From NCBI GenBank assembly GCA_047621545.1, contig JBLHMA010000001.1, positions 1 to 54,679 on the forward strand: 54,679 bases of DNA. Reading direction: 5' to 3'. Shown here one piece after another: positions 1 through 9,507 of the stretch (position 1 is the stretch's first letter; every line of letters begins with the position of its first letter). The translations under genes and the position numbers were made by a program. The stretch is from Cognaticolwellia sp. (GTDB taxonomy: Bacteria > Myxococcota_A > UBA796 > CAJQPC01). A model generated the notes under the pieces. It did no database searches and was not told the origin of the DNA. It saw only the letters and a list, made by a program, of their open reading frames with translations.

Positions 1-1389
1 CCAGTCAAAGGTCTGACAGACCACAAAGTCGGTGCCCGGTGGGTTGATAGCCCACACCTCGATGCTGGAGTCCGCCTCTTCTGTCTCGGGGTCAAAGTCC
101 AGGTTGCCACTGGCGCCGAGTACATCAAAGCCCTCGCCACTGTTCAGCAGCTCCTTGGCCCGACCCCACGAGCTGGGACGCAGCTCCAGCTCCTCACCTG
201 CCGAGACCCGACGAAGTCCGCCACCGGCAGTTTTTCCGGTCACCTCGCCGTTCTTGTTGATGGCCCAGGTGGCCCCGTAGATCCCCAGCCACGCCGCATC
301 GTAGGCGTAGGCCGTAAAGATGGAGTCGGTGGGTTGCAGGTCTTGGAATGTGGCGGTGTACGAGGTCGAGAAGCTCTCGTAGACCGGCCCACTTGGAACC
401 TGAGGGCGGGTGCCTCGGATCAAGGGGAAGATGTCCTTGACCTCGGGCTTGGTGCCCGAGATGAGCTGCTGGTCCGCAGCCCCGTCCGCCAGGAAGATGG
501 AGCGCTCGTTCAAGTTCGATGCGCCCGCAGCCGCGTTCAGGAAGGCGATGATCTCGTCGATGTCCGAGCTGATAAAGAGCAGCTCCTCGATGTTGGGATC
601 TGCCAAGGCATCCACGAGCGCTTCTGTCAGGCCGGTGGGAGAGGCGAACCCCCACTCCTCCGAGGCGCCGCTGTAGTTGGCCAGGGCCACCTCTTTGAGC
701 GACTCCCCGTAGCTGTCCTCGGAAAAAATCACGCCGACCTTGGCCACCGCGCGGTTGCTTAGGTCCAAGCCGATGATTCGACCCTGGTAGACATCGCTTG
801 GCGCAGTGCGCCAGACGGTCCCCGGGTCCTCGTCGGACTTCTCAGCACCGTCCAGGTCGGTCAACGCGGGCGAGGTTGCGTTGGAGCTGATGATCAGGGG
901 CAGCGCTTCTTGGGTGGCCTTGTAGACCTCCTCCACTTTGGAGGAGCTGGCGGGGCCCAGAATGATCTGAACACCGAGCTGGGAGATCAGGTACTCGGCG
1001 TTGGCAATGGCCGCCTCGTCGCTGCTCAGGCCATCGTATGTATCGTCCTCGGCATAGTCGCAGGAGACCAGTCCAAAGCTCTGGCCGCGCAGACCGCCCT
1101 CGTCGTTGACCTGCTTGAAAGGAAGCTGTACTGCGGCCAGCTCCGCTTGGTCCTGGCCATGGTCAAACAGAGAGCCGATCACGATGACGTCGGGGTAGTC
1201 CTCGGGACGCTCCAAGAGATCAGCGGGCTCCGTCGTGGCACAACGCGCGGGAACAGCTTGAGACTCACAGAGCCCCTCATCCCCACAGGTAAATCCAAGT
1301 CCAAAAGCCGCTCGGCAGTCAGGGGTGGTGGTGCACTCCTGCAGATCGAAGCGGGTCACGGAGCAGGACAACAGAAGCAAAAGGCTCAT
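1..1389 (-). CDS. Type-1 periplasmic solute-binding lipoprotein (LivK/ANF-receptor-like); 3' end runs off the window
   Basis: Absent from the ORF track because it has no stop inside the window. I checked every minus-strand codon in the frame ending at nt 1. The frame is open from ATG 1389..1387 for 463 codons. The product starts MSLLLLLSCSVTRF (lipobox LLSC) and continues ...VIVIGSLFDHGQD...QIILGPASSSKVEEVYKA...LIISSNATSPALT...VGVIFSEDSYGESL...AYAYDAAWL, the layout of Leu/Ile/Val-type binding proteins. The ATG overlaps the upstream TGA (ATGA at 1389..1386). Confidence 0.7.
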   Translation of the reverse strand, partial: MSLLLLLSCSVTRFDLQECTTTPDCRAAFGLGFTCGDEGLCESQAVPARCATTEPADLLERPEDYPDVIVIGSLFDHGQDQAELAAVQLPFKQVNDEGGLRGQSFGLVSCDYAEDDTYDGLSSDEAAIANAEYLISQLGVQIILGPASSSKVEEVYKATQEALPLIISSNATSPALTDLDGAEKSDEDPGTVWRTAPSDVYQGRIIGLDLSNRAVAKVGVIFSEDSYGESLKEVALANYSGASEEWGFASPTGLTEALVDALADPNIEELLFISSDIDEIIAFLNAAAGASNLNERSIFLADGAADQQLISGTKPEVKDIFPLIRGTRPQVPSGPVYESFSTSYTATFQDLQPTDSIFTAYAYDAAWLGIYGATWAINKNGEVTGKTAGGGLRRVSAGEELELRPSSWGRAKELLNSGEGFDVLGASGNLDFDPETEEADSSIEVWAINPPGTDFVVCQTFDW

Positions 1390-2063
1390 TGAAAACGCCC
1401 TCCCACCAGAAAGCCGTTGGGCGTTGGGCTCACGTACAGGCCACCGTCATCGATCAAGAGCAGCGTGACCCCTGTCCCAGCGGCAGCGATGCCGACCAAG
1501 AGCGCGGTGTCTGCAATCAAGGAGTCCTGGCGGTTTTTTGTTAGCAGGACGGACTGCTCACCGGTGCAGAGACCCGTGGGGCAGGCAATGGCCAACTCAG
1601 CGCTGCCTGTCCGTGACTGCAGCCCAAAGTAGGTGCCCGTTCCCAAACCGGCGACGCCTACGCCGACCAAAACCCAGGCCGGATCGATGCTCAAGCCGCC
1701 ACCGCTTACACGCCCGGTCGCGTTGGTAGCAGGGCTCTCTTGGCCGGGATCCAGCTTGGCTTCCAGGGACTTGATGCGGCGCTCGATGATGCCCCGCTCA
1801 GACTCGGGGGCAAAGCGCCAGTACTCGTCCAGAGACTCGATGGCCTCGGGATAGCGACCCAGCTTCTCGTAAGCGCTGGCCATGTTGTAGAGGATCAGGG
1901 GCCGGCCCGACAGGTCATAGGCGGCACCCCAGTACTTGAGCGCCTGCTCGTACTCTTCCTCGGCGTAGGCCTCCTCGCCTTGAGCGTACAAGGCCTTGGC
2001 CTGCTCTTCGTCCTCAGTGCTCTGGGCCAGGGCCGGCACACTGAGGAGCATCCACAAACTCAT
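1386..2063 (-). CDS. TPR-repeat protein with signal peptide and C-terminal hydrophobic segments
   Basis: ORF 1386..2075 as listed starts at TTG 2075. I prefer ATG 2063..2061 (MSLWMLLSVPALAQS...), which forms ATGA with the kinase stop at 2062..2060. TPR-like helices are present (AKALYAQGEEAYAEEEYEQALKYWGAAYDL, LILYNMASAYEKLGRYPEAIESL). Two Gly/Ala-rich hydrophobic stretches lie near the C-terminus. Confidence 0.7.
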   Translation of the reverse strand: MSLWMLLSVPALAQSTEDEEQAKALYAQGEEAYAEEEYEQALKYWGAAYDLSGRPLILYNMASAYEKLGRYPEAIESLDEYWRFAPESERGIIERRIKSLEAKLDPGQESPATNATGRVSGGGLSIDPAWVLVGVGVAGLGTGTYFGLQSRTGSAELAIACPTGLCTGEQSVLLTKNRQDSLIADTALLVGIAAAGTGVTLLLIDDGGLYVSPTPNGFLVGGRFQ

Positions 2064-3610
2064 GGAGTCTCCCAAGGATCCCGCAGCTCGCGGGGCTTGT
2101 TCTGGGTCTCAGGAGCGGCCTGCTGGGGCTCGGGCTCCTGAATCAAGGGCTTTGCCGTCGGAGCGCTCTCTGGAGAGACGGACGGCTTGTCGGGGACCAG
2201 GTCAGCGGCTGGGCTGGGTGCGGTCTTGGGCCTACTGGCCGCAGGCTTGACCTGGGCCGGGGCTGGACTGGCCTGTGGGACAGGCGCGGGAACATCCGGA
2301 TCCTGAACCGGGAGAGCGTCCGGGAGAGCGTCCGGCACAACAACAGGGATCCCCACTTCCACGGCCACAGGGCCAACAACAGGCATCCCCCCTTCGGGCA
2401 TCACAAAGAAGTAGACCGCGACCGCCGTGAGCACCGAGACCACCAAGACAGCCGCTCCCGCCACGCCCAACCCCATGGCGAACTGACCGACAGCGCTGCG
2501 ATCTTGCTGGACCGGCTCGGAGAGCGCCAAGGTGGCCTGGGAGTTGACCGGCTCGGGATTGATGGCGCGGGTGGGCGCTGTGTTGATCGGGTTGGACTTG
2601 CGAACGAAGGGCCTGTCGGGGCGCAGCTCCGTCGAGTCTTCCAAGTCGGCGGAGACGAGCACGCCCTCCACCAAGCTCATTGGAGCCGCCTCCCCTTGTC
2701 CGCGCAGCTCACGCTCGACCATGCGCAGGGCACGGTCCAGCTGGCGCATGCTGGAGAAGCGCAGCTCAGGCTCCTTCTCCAGTGCCCGGGCCATCACCCA
2801 CTCCAGGGAGTCAGGGAATTCGGCTGTGGGCAGGGTCTCCCGCAGTGTCGGAGGGGGTGCGTTGATCTGGGCGTTGAGCACCGCCATGGGGTGGTCCCGG
2901 CGGAAGGGCATCTCGCGGGTGAGCAGCACAAACATGCAGGCGGCCAAGCTGTACACGTCGCTGGCCGGGCTCACGGGCTTGCCCATGACCTGCTCAGGGC
3001 TCATGTAGGCAGGGCTGCCCAGGATGTTTCCGGCGCGCGTGACCTGCGTGCCGGCGTCCATGGGCTTGACCAGGCCAAAGTCCAGGACCTTGACGAACTC
3101 CTCGTCCCCATCCTCGTCCCCGTGGTTGCAGACAAAGATGTTGGCAGGCTTAAGGTCTCGGTGGATGACCCCTTGCTGGTGGGCTTGGTACAGGCTGCGG
3201 GAGATCTGCCGCACAATGCGCACCACCCGAAGGGGATTCAGCGGTCCCTCGTCCTTGACCATGCGGTGCAAGGTGCGCCCTTCGAGCAGCTCCATGACCA
3301 GGAAGTAAGTCTCCCCGTCTTGGCCGTAGTCAAAGACGCGCACCGTGTTGGGGTGGGTGAGCTTGGCGCAGACCGAGGCTTCTCGGAAGAAGCGGCTGCG
3401 GAAGTGCCCGTCGTCCTCGACCGAATCCGACAGATCCAAGACCTTGACGGCGACCTCTCGACCCAAGGGCGACTGGATCCCCTTGTACACGCGCCCCATT
3501 CCACCTTTGGCGAGCAGCTCCACAAGCTGGAAGCGGCCATCTAGGACGCGTCCAAGCAGGGGGTCATGGGATGTGGTGCCCGGCACAACGCTGCCGGTGG
3601 TTGGGTCCAT
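2060..3610 (-). CDS. Hanks-type Ser/Thr protein kinase with Pro-rich linker and one TM segment
   Basis: Kinase motifs GGMGRVYKG, VAVKVL, HRDLKPANIF, DFGLVK and SPAYMSPEQ. The ORF is open to ATG 3667. That start would overlap the divergent carboxypeptidase gene head-to-head. ATG 3610 (MDPTTGS...) has AGGA about 8 nt upstream and is preferred. Confidence 0.9.
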   Translation of the reverse strand: MDPTTGSVVPGTTSHDPLLGRVLDGRFQLVELLAKGGMGRVYKGIQSPLGREVAVKVLDLSDSVEDDGHFRSRFFREASVCAKLTHPNTVRVFDYGQDGETYFLVMELLEGRTLHRMVKDEGPLNPLRVVRIVRQISRSLYQAHQQGVIHRDLKPANIFVCNHGDEDGDEEFVKVLDFGLVKPMDAGTQVTRAGNILGSPAYMSPEQVMGKPVSPASDVYSLAACMFVLLTREMPFRRDHPMAVLNAQINAPPPTLRETLPTAEFPDSLEWVMARALEKEPELRFSSMRQLDRALRMVERELRGQGEAAPMSLVEGVLVSADLEDSTELRPDRPFVRKSNPINTAPTRAINPEPVNSQATLALSEPVQQDRSAVGQFAMGLGVAGAAVLVVSVLTAVAVYFFVMPEGGMPVVGPVAVEVGIPVVVPDALPDALPVQDPDVPAPVPQASPAPAQVKPAASRPKTAPSPAADLVPDKPSVSPESAPTAKPLIQEPEPQQAAPETQNKPRELRDPWETP

Positions 3611-3665
3611 GCAAGTGTCCTGAAACTCATGGTACCCAAAGATACAGGTGCATGGAGGCCAAGGC

Positions 3666-4670
3666 ATGTGGTTGATCTGGACAGCAGCGGCCCTGGCTTA
3701 CAGCCCGGAGAATCCGGACACGCAAGCGTTCCTAAGCTTCGCTGCCGGGTTCAAGGCCGAAGAGCCGCTCCCTGAGCGGGCCGATGGCTACGCCAGCACG
3801 GGGGAGCTCTGGGGGCAGATCGCCAGCTTGATGAAAGAGAATCCAGGGTTGATCCGCCCGGAGCATCTGGGCTGGTCGGTAGAAGAGAGGCCCCTCTGGG
3901 CCATGCACTTAGGGGCACCCGGACAGTCCGAGCGCCGCGTAATGGTGGTGGCCCAGCTCCATGCCCTGGAGTGGGTAGGCGCTCAGGCCGCCTTGGAGTT
4001 GATCAACGACTTTGTGGCTGCACCGCACTCGGGAGTGGCGCTGGTGGTGGTCCCGGTGGCCAATCCAGACGGACGTGCCCGGGTGGAGGCAGACCTGCGC
4101 ACGGGCGCCCCAAAGGACACCTACCGGCGCGCCAACACCAACTTGGTAGACCTAAACCGCGACTGGGCGGTCAACCGCGAGCCGGACAGCTGGCTCTGGC
4201 CCCGCCTTCCAATCACCCGCAACTTTTACAGCGTGTCTCCCGGTCCTCTCTCCCAGCCCGAGACCCAGGCCATCGATACGTTGGCGGCCAGCTTTCAGCC
4301 CACCGATGTGGTCGATTTACACGCCTATGGGGGCTATGTCTTGGTGCCCTGGGCCGGTCGCTACGAGCACACGCCGGATCACGAACGCCTCATGGAAAAA
4401 GCCACTGGCATGAGCGAGGCCATGCCGGGCCGGCCCTACCGGGCCATGCAGCTCTGCCACTGGACCCGTACCTTTAGGGCCATGGGCGCGCAGATCGACC
4501 ACATGTACGCCACCTACGACGCCGATAGCTTCCTGATTGAGATCGGCAACATTGGCGTGCGGCACCTGCGCCAAGACACATTTCGCTGGTACAATCCAAA
4601 AGACCCCAGGAAAGACCTGGACAAAGTGAGCGCAGCGCTCTGGGCGCTGATCCGCTGGGAGACTCCTTGA
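3666..4670 (+). CDS. M14-family zinc carboxypeptidase (secreted)
   Basis: Zn ligand and catalytic motifs in M14 order: HALEW (HxxE), NPDG, RRANTNLVDLNRDW, DLHAYG, FLIEIG. GGAGG lies 7 nt before ATG 3666 (MWLIWTAAALAYS signal-like). The ORF track start at 3648 is the alternative. Confidence 0.85.
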   Translation: MWLIWTAAALAYSPENPDTQAFLSFAAGFKAEEPLPERADGYASTGELWGQIASLMKENPGLIRPEHLGWSVEERPLWAMHLGAPGQSERRVMVVAQLHALEWVGAQAALELINDFVAAPHSGVALVVVPVANPDGRARVEADLRTGAPKDTYRRANTNLVDLNRDWAVNREPDSWLWPRLPITRNFYSVSPGPLSQPETQAIDTLAASFQPTDVVDLHAYGGYVLVPWAGRYEHTPDHERLMEKATGMSEAMPGRPYRAMQLCHWTRTFRAMGAQIDHMYATYDADSFLIEIGNIGVRHLRQDTFRWYNPKDPRKDLDKVSAALWALIRWETP

Positions 4671-5122
4671 CCCTGCTTTTCTGGCTTGCCTGCAGCACCA
4701 CACCGAACACCACGGCCCCGTCCACCGGGCCGCCGCCGCCCGGCACCGTGATCACGACGACCGAGACCCTGGCCCAGCGCGTGCCCCTGCCAGAGGCGGT
4801 GGAGTCGGTTCGCTATCGACTGGACATGCTGGGTAGTCCCGGACTTGGGCCCACGGACTACCGGCTTGCCGCGTGGGTCAGCCTGTCCTCGGATGCGGAA
4901 GTGGAGTCGCTGTATGGCCCCTCGCTCAAGGTATCCCAGTCCCCGGAGATTTCTTCCACGGAAGCCGATCTTCTCCCACCCGACCTGCGCCCGGTGCCTA
5001 AGCACGGGGTGATGCGCTTGAACGGGGCGCTTCGACCCGGCGGGTCAGGAGGAAGCATGGTGGTAGACCAAGTGGTTCAGGTACACGGGCGCGGCGTTTT
5101 CATCTGGGCGCACACCCAATGA
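4667..5122 (+). CDS. Hypothetical lipoprotein
   Basis: MTLLFWLACSTT has a lipobox (LAC). The TTG start overlaps the upstream TGA (TTGA at 4667..4670). Its own stop overlaps the next ATG (ATGA at 5119..5122). I recognise no family motif. Confidence 0.5.
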   Translation: MTLLFWLACSTTPNTTAPSTGPPPPGTVITTTETLAQRVPLPEAVESVRYRLDMLGSPGLGPTDYRLAAWVSLSSDAEVESLYGPSLKVSQSPEISSTEADLLPPDLRPVPKHGVMRLNGALRPGGSGGSMVVDQVVQVHGRGVFIWAHTQ

Positions 5123-6078
5123 AAGCCATGCAGTTCCCTCGCTATGGCGGTCCAGAAGTCCTGACACTGAACGACGTGCCCGACCCAGTCCCAGGGGCCG
5201 GTCAGCTCCTGGTGCGCATGCAGGCCAGCTCGGTGAACCCCGTCGACTGGAAGCTGGCCAGCGGCGCGCTTCGATTCCTGATGCGGATCAAGCGTCCGGC
5301 AACCCCTGGCTTTGACCTAGTGGGCGAGGTGCTGCAGCTCGGCGCCGGCGTGACGACCTTCAAAGTCGGTCAACAGGTGGTCGCGCGCATTCCGAACACC
5401 CCAGGCGGCGCGGCGGCTGAAAAGGCGCTGGTCCCTGCAGAAGACTGCGTGCTGCTCCCTGCGGGGGTCTCGACTACGGACGCCGCCGCAGTGCCATTGG
5501 CCGGCATGACGGCCTTGCAAGCCCTGCACAACGACTGCGGGATGAAGCTCCAGGGCGAGACCAAGCGGGTTCTCATCGTGGGCGGGAGCGGCGGTGTGGG
5601 CCACTACGCCGTTCAGATCGCCCACAACGCGGGTGCCCACGTCACGGCCGTCTGCAGCGGCAAACGAGCCGAGGTTGTACGCGGACTAGGAGCCGATGTG
5701 GTCATCGACTACCGCGAGCAGGACCACTTCCGCACCGACGCCCCCTACGACATCATCCTCGACTGCGCAGCAAAGGCCCCCTGGGCGAGCTTTGAGGAGG
5801 TGCTCACCGAGACCGGGGTCCTCTCTCAGATCACCCTGGATCCGGGCTGGATTCCACGTATCGCCTGGACCAACCTGAGTTCCAAGAAGAAGATCAAGCC
5901 CACCATGCTCAAGCCAAACGCCAAAGACCTGTCCATCCTGCTGGGCTGGATGCAGCAGGGCAAGCTGAAGAGCTTGGTGGGTGCCAGCTTTCCCTTCACT
6001 GAGCTGGCCGACGCTTGGCGACTGAACGAGAAGGGTGGGACCCTGGGTAAGATCGGAATCACCTACCCGGAATCTTAG
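5119..6078 (+). CDS. Medium-chain dehydrogenase/reductase, NADPH:quinone oxidoreductase-like
   Basis: Zeta-crystallin-type layout: SSVNPVDWK, a PGFDLVGEV substrate domain, and the Rossmann motif VLIVGGSGGVGHYAVQIA. Confidence 0.85.
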   Translation: MKAMQFPRYGGPEVLTLNDVPDPVPGAGQLLVRMQASSVNPVDWKLASGALRFLMRIKRPATPGFDLVGEVLQLGAGVTTFKVGQQVVARIPNTPGGAAAEKALVPAEDCVLLPAGVSTTDAAAVPLAGMTALQALHNDCGMKLQGETKRVLIVGGSGGVGHYAVQIAHNAGAHVTAVCSGKRAEVVRGLGADVVIDYREQDHFRTDAPYDIILDCAAKAPWASFEEVLTETGVLSQITLDPGWIPRIAWTNLSSKKKIKPTMLKPNAKDLSILLGWMQQGKLKSLVGASFPFTELADAWRLNEKGGTLGKIGITYPES

Positions 6079-6191
6079 TGACCCCAACCGTTCTCCTGCA
6101 TCAACTCGCTGGCCTGCGCACGGTCACTTGGACGACGGGAGTGGCGGGCACAGTAGCCGTGGCGATCGGGCTGCTCCCCTAAGAAAGCGCT

Positions 6192-7700
6192 TCAATCACG
6201 ACGACGGAAGCTGGCCAACATCACGCCCGCTACGACCAACCAGCCCATCCAAGGGGCTGCTGGAGCGCTGGAGCAGCCAAAGCCGCCGCCACCCTTGAGG
6301 GTGCCGCCTGGGCGGGGAGGACGGTCGCCCAAGTCATCAGCTGGGTTGAGCAAGTCGGTACCGCGGTCGGCCTCTACACCGTCCGAGACGCCGCCATCGT
6401 CGGTGTCGGCCTTGTTGGGATCCGAGCCGTAGTTGTCGACCTCGTCACCGTCTAAGAGGGTGTCGTTGTCGGAGTCGTCGTCCCAGGGGTCGGTAAAGGT
6501 CTCGTCGACCTCGCGCCCGTCCAGCAGTCCATCATCGTCGGAGTCGGGATCGGTGGGGTTGGTCTCGGTCTCGTTGACCTCGCGTCCATCATCCAATCCA
6601 TCGTCGTCGGTGTCGGCATCCGTCGGGTCCGTGCCGTGGTTGAACACCTCGGGGCCGTCCTCCAAGCCGTCCTTGTCGGTGTCTGGATCGTTGGGGTCGC
6701 TGCCCCACTCCAGGACCTCTTCTCCGTCGTGCAACCCGTCGTCGTCGCTGTCCTTGTCCAGGGGATCGGTGTACCAGGTGTTCACCTCGGCCCCATCACC
6801 CAGGCCATCGCCGTCGGTGTCAAAGACGTAAGGATCGGTGCCGTAGATATCGACCTCGTCCCAGTCGCTCAGGCCGTCCCCGTCGGTGTCCCCGTAGTTG
6901 GGGCCGCAGATGCTCTCGCCTTGCGGGTCCAGCAGCGTGTAGGTCACCGAGTCTTGACTCAGGATGTAAAAGCCGAACTCACCGCCGACTGGCCAGGAGC
7001 CGAGCTCGTCGAACTCCAGCTGGCCGTCGATCCACACCCGGATGCGGGTCGAGTTGTAGTCCAACTCCACATTGTAGGTGCGGTCGTACTCCCAGCCGGT
7101 CTCGCCAAAGCGGTTGCCGGTAGCCACGACGCTGGCGCTGCCGGTCTGCTGCCAGAGATCGGTGTCCTTGGTCGCGCCCTGCACCCGCATCATGCTCAGG
7201 CCCATCGGGCACTCGCCCAGGCCGGTGGTGATCTGGTACTGCTTCTTCCAGGACCAAACCATCCAGTCCGCGCTGCTGTTCGTGGAATCGCCGGGGTGGT
7301 AGCCGACCAGGAACCCGATGATGTCGTCGTCCCAAGAGCTCGCCGCGGTCATCTCGAACTCAATGCTGCCGCTCTCTGCAGGCAGGTTGGTCAAGTACAC
7401 GCCAGGCGCCGCGTTCTCACTCTGCTCGACTGTGCGCGCGTCGGAGCTGATCGACCAAGAAGGGGCGCCGTCGTGCGAGTAGTCGGTGGGCAGGACCTCA
7501 TCGAACTGCAGGGAGAAGGTGCCGTCCACGCACTCCCAGCCGTCCTCGACCTGGCAAGAAGAGGAGCAGCCGTCCCCGCTGCTCTTGTTGCGGTCATCAC
7601 AGACCTCGCCCGAGTCCACTACGCCATCGCCGCATGCGGCATCCGCCGCGGAGAGAGAGAGCATTGCCAAGAGCATTTCGACCTTCCTTTTCGTCAACAA
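6192..7700 (-). CDS. Secreted mosaic protein: Cys-rich repeat, beta-sandwich-like domain, 8 thrombospondin type-3-like Ca-binding repeats, MYXO-CTERM tail
   Basis: N-terminal signal peptide, then CGDGVVDSGEVCDDRNKSSGDGCSSSCQVEDGWEC (myxobacterial Cys-rich repeat style). Eight DxDxDG(L)xDGxE units follow (DTDGDGLSDWDE ... DTDDGGVSDGVE). The C-terminus is GGFGCSSAPAAPWMGWLVVAGVMLASFRRRD. Confidence 0.8.
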   Translation of the reverse strand: MLTKRKVEMLLAMLSLSAADAACGDGVVDSGEVCDDRNKSSGDGCSSSCQVEDGWECVDGTFSLQFDEVLPTDYSHDGAPSWSISSDARTVEQSENAAPGVYLTNLPAESGSIEFEMTAASSWDDDIIGFLVGYHPGDSTNSSADWMVWSWKKQYQITTGLGECPMGLSMMRVQGATKDTDLWQQTGSASVVATGNRFGETGWEYDRTYNVELDYNSTRIRVWIDGQLEFDELGSWPVGGEFGFYILSQDSVTYTLLDPQGESICGPNYGDTDGDGLSDWDEVDIYGTDPYVFDTDGDGLGDGAEVNTWYTDPLDKDSDDDGLHDGEEVLEWGSDPNDPDTDKDGLEDGPEVFNHGTDPTDADTDDDGLDDGREVNETETNPTDPDSDDDGLLDGREVDETFTDPWDDDSDNDTLLDGDEVDNYGSDPNKADTDDGGVSDGVEADRGTDLLNPADDLGDRPPRPGGTLKGGGGFGCSSAPAAPWMGWLVVAGVMLASFRRRD

Positions 7701-7840
7701 AACCTACGCGGTGCCACGCAGGGTACTGAAGGCCCCGCCCTATAGCAGCACTCCGCCTTACATGACCACTTCTACTTGACTAGAAGCTGGTAGGGGCTAC
7801 CTGCCCCTTGCTCATTTTTCAGGCTCTCGGAGGCCGCAAT

Positions 7841-8782
7841 ATGATCGAGGTCCAAAACCTCACCCGCTACTACGGCCGCCATGCTGCCGTCGCGGGCCTG
7901 TCCTTCAGCATCCAGAACAACGAGATCGTTGGTTTTCTGGGGCTAAACGGCGCTGGTAAGTCCACCACACTCAAAATCCTCGCGGGGCTGCTGTTGCCCA
8001 GCTCGGGAACGGTGACCGTAGACGGCGTGGATGTCGTCCAGGCCCCGGATTCCCTGCGTGCGCAGATCGGGTACCTGCCCGAGGATGCGCCTCTGTACCT
8101 GGACATGCGGGTCAGGGACTTTGTGGCCTATGTAGGCCAGCTCAAGGGGATGAGTAGCGATCAGGTGGACGCGCACATCGACGGCGTCCTGGAGCGCTGC
8201 GGTCTCAGCGATCGCTCCGACCAGGTGATCTCCGAGCTCTCCCACGGCTACCGGAAGCGGGTCGGGATTGCACAAGCGATCATCCACCAGCCCAAGCTCG
8301 TCATCCTCGACGAGCCCATCTCCGGCCTGGACCCCTTGCAGATCCGTGAGATCCGCGAGGTCATTGTGGGCCTGAAAGCCGACTGCACGGTCCTGATCTC
8401 CTCCCACATCTTGGGTGAGATCAGCCAGACCTGTGACCGCATCTTGGTGCTCAAGGACGGCAAGATGGCCGCCCAGGGCACCGAGGAGGAGCTCTCCAGT
8501 GGCCTGGGCCAGGGAGGACAGCTGGAGCTGAGCATTCGCGGTGCACAGGACGCTGTGGTGACGGCTCTGGAAGCCTACCCACACACGAGCGCCGTCACAC
8601 GGGTCCGAGTCGAGGACATTGACGGAGGCACTGTGGTGCACTGTCAGGTGGCCTTGGCCGCCGATGAGCGAGAAGGCTTGATCGCCGCTTTGGTGGCCGC
8701 TGGCCTGGGGCTGCGCCGAATGGACGAAGCCGACTCTGAGCTGGAAGCAATCTTCGTGAACCTCACGCAAGGGAAGAGCTGA
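7841..8782 (+). CDS. ABC transporter ATP-binding protein (ABC-2/GldA-like)
   Basis: Walker A GLNGAGKST, signature LSHGYRKR, Walker B LVILDEP. ATG 7841 (MIEVQNLTRYYG) is the typical N-terminus. The ORF is open from 7808. Confidence 0.9.
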   Translation: MIEVQNLTRYYGRHAAVAGLSFSIQNNEIVGFLGLNGAGKSTTLKILAGLLLPSSGTVTVDGVDVVQAPDSLRAQIGYLPEDAPLYLDMRVRDFVAYVGQLKGMSSDQVDAHIDGVLERCGLSDRSDQVISELSHGYRKRVGIAQAIIHQPKLVILDEPISGLDPLQIREIREVIVGLKADCTVLISSHILGEISQTCDRILVLKDGKMAAQGTEEELSSGLGQGGQLELSIRGAQDAVVTALEAYPHTSAVTRVRVEDIDGGTVVHCQVALAADEREGLIAALVAAGLGLRRMDEADSELEAIFVNLTQGKS

Positions 8783-9507
8783 TGCGCGGTTTGATCTTGG
8801 TGGCCAAGCGAGAGCTTGGCGCGTACACCAACACACCGATGGGGTACGTCATCCTGGCCGCTTTTCTGCTGCTGGAGGGCCTGTTCTTCAACGCCTTCGC
8901 GGTGGGCGCCTCGGCCAAGGCCAGCGCGGACGTGCTGGGCGACTTCTTCTACTTCTCCTTCGGCTGCACCGTCGCCGCAGCGCTGTTCTTCAGCATGCGC
9001 CTGATCGCAGAGGAGCGGCAGACCGGAACCATGGTGCTGCTCCAGTCCAGCCCCCTGGCCAACTGGCAGGTGGTGGGCGGCAAGTTCCTCTCGGTCATCG
9101 TCCTGATAACCGTAATGCTACTGATCTCCGGCTACATGCCTGCGCTCATCTTCGTCAACGGCAAGGTCTCCCTCGCCCACATCGGCGTGGGCTACCTGGG
9201 CGTGTTTCTGGCCGGCGCAGCCGCTGCCAGCATCGGCACCTTCGGCAGCACACTGGCCAAGTCTCAGCTGGTCGCAGTCATCGTCTCCGGGGGCATCACG
9301 GTGGCCCTGTTGATGGCCTGGATCCTGGGCCGGGTCACCGACCCACCCGTGGCTGAACTCTGGAGCTATCTGAGTATCTACGACCGCCACTTCCAAGGCT
9401 TCCAGAAGGGCCGCATCAACACCGAAGATGTGATCTTCTACCTGAGCCTCTGCTTTGGCTTTTTGCTGCTCTCTACCCGCGTGCTCAGCGCCCGGAGGTG
9501 GAAGTGA
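8782..9507 (+). CDS. ABC-2 type permease (GldF-like)
   Basis: Six hydrophobic segments. The start overlaps the upstream stop (TGATG at 8780..8784). It sits between the ATPase and the GldG-like gene. Confidence 0.8.
   Translation: MRGLILVAKRELGAYTNTPMGYVILAAFLLLEGLFFNAFAVGASAKASADVLGDFFYFSFGCTVAAALFFSMRLIAEERQTGTMVLLQSSPLANWQVVGGKFLSVIVLITVMLLISGYMPALIFVNGKVSLAHIGVGYLGVFLAGAAAASIGTFGSTLAKSQLVAVIVSGGITVALLMAWILGRVTDPPVAELWSYLSIYDRHFQGFQKGRINTEDVIFYLSLCFGFLLLSTRVLSARRWK

Noticed and set aside
7777-7810. Sigma-70-like promoter (TTGACT at 7777..7782) upstream of the ABC operon
   Set aside because: No acceptable -10 hexamer lies at 16-19 nt spacing. Promoter consensus for this lineage is not reliably recognisable by eye, so no call is made.
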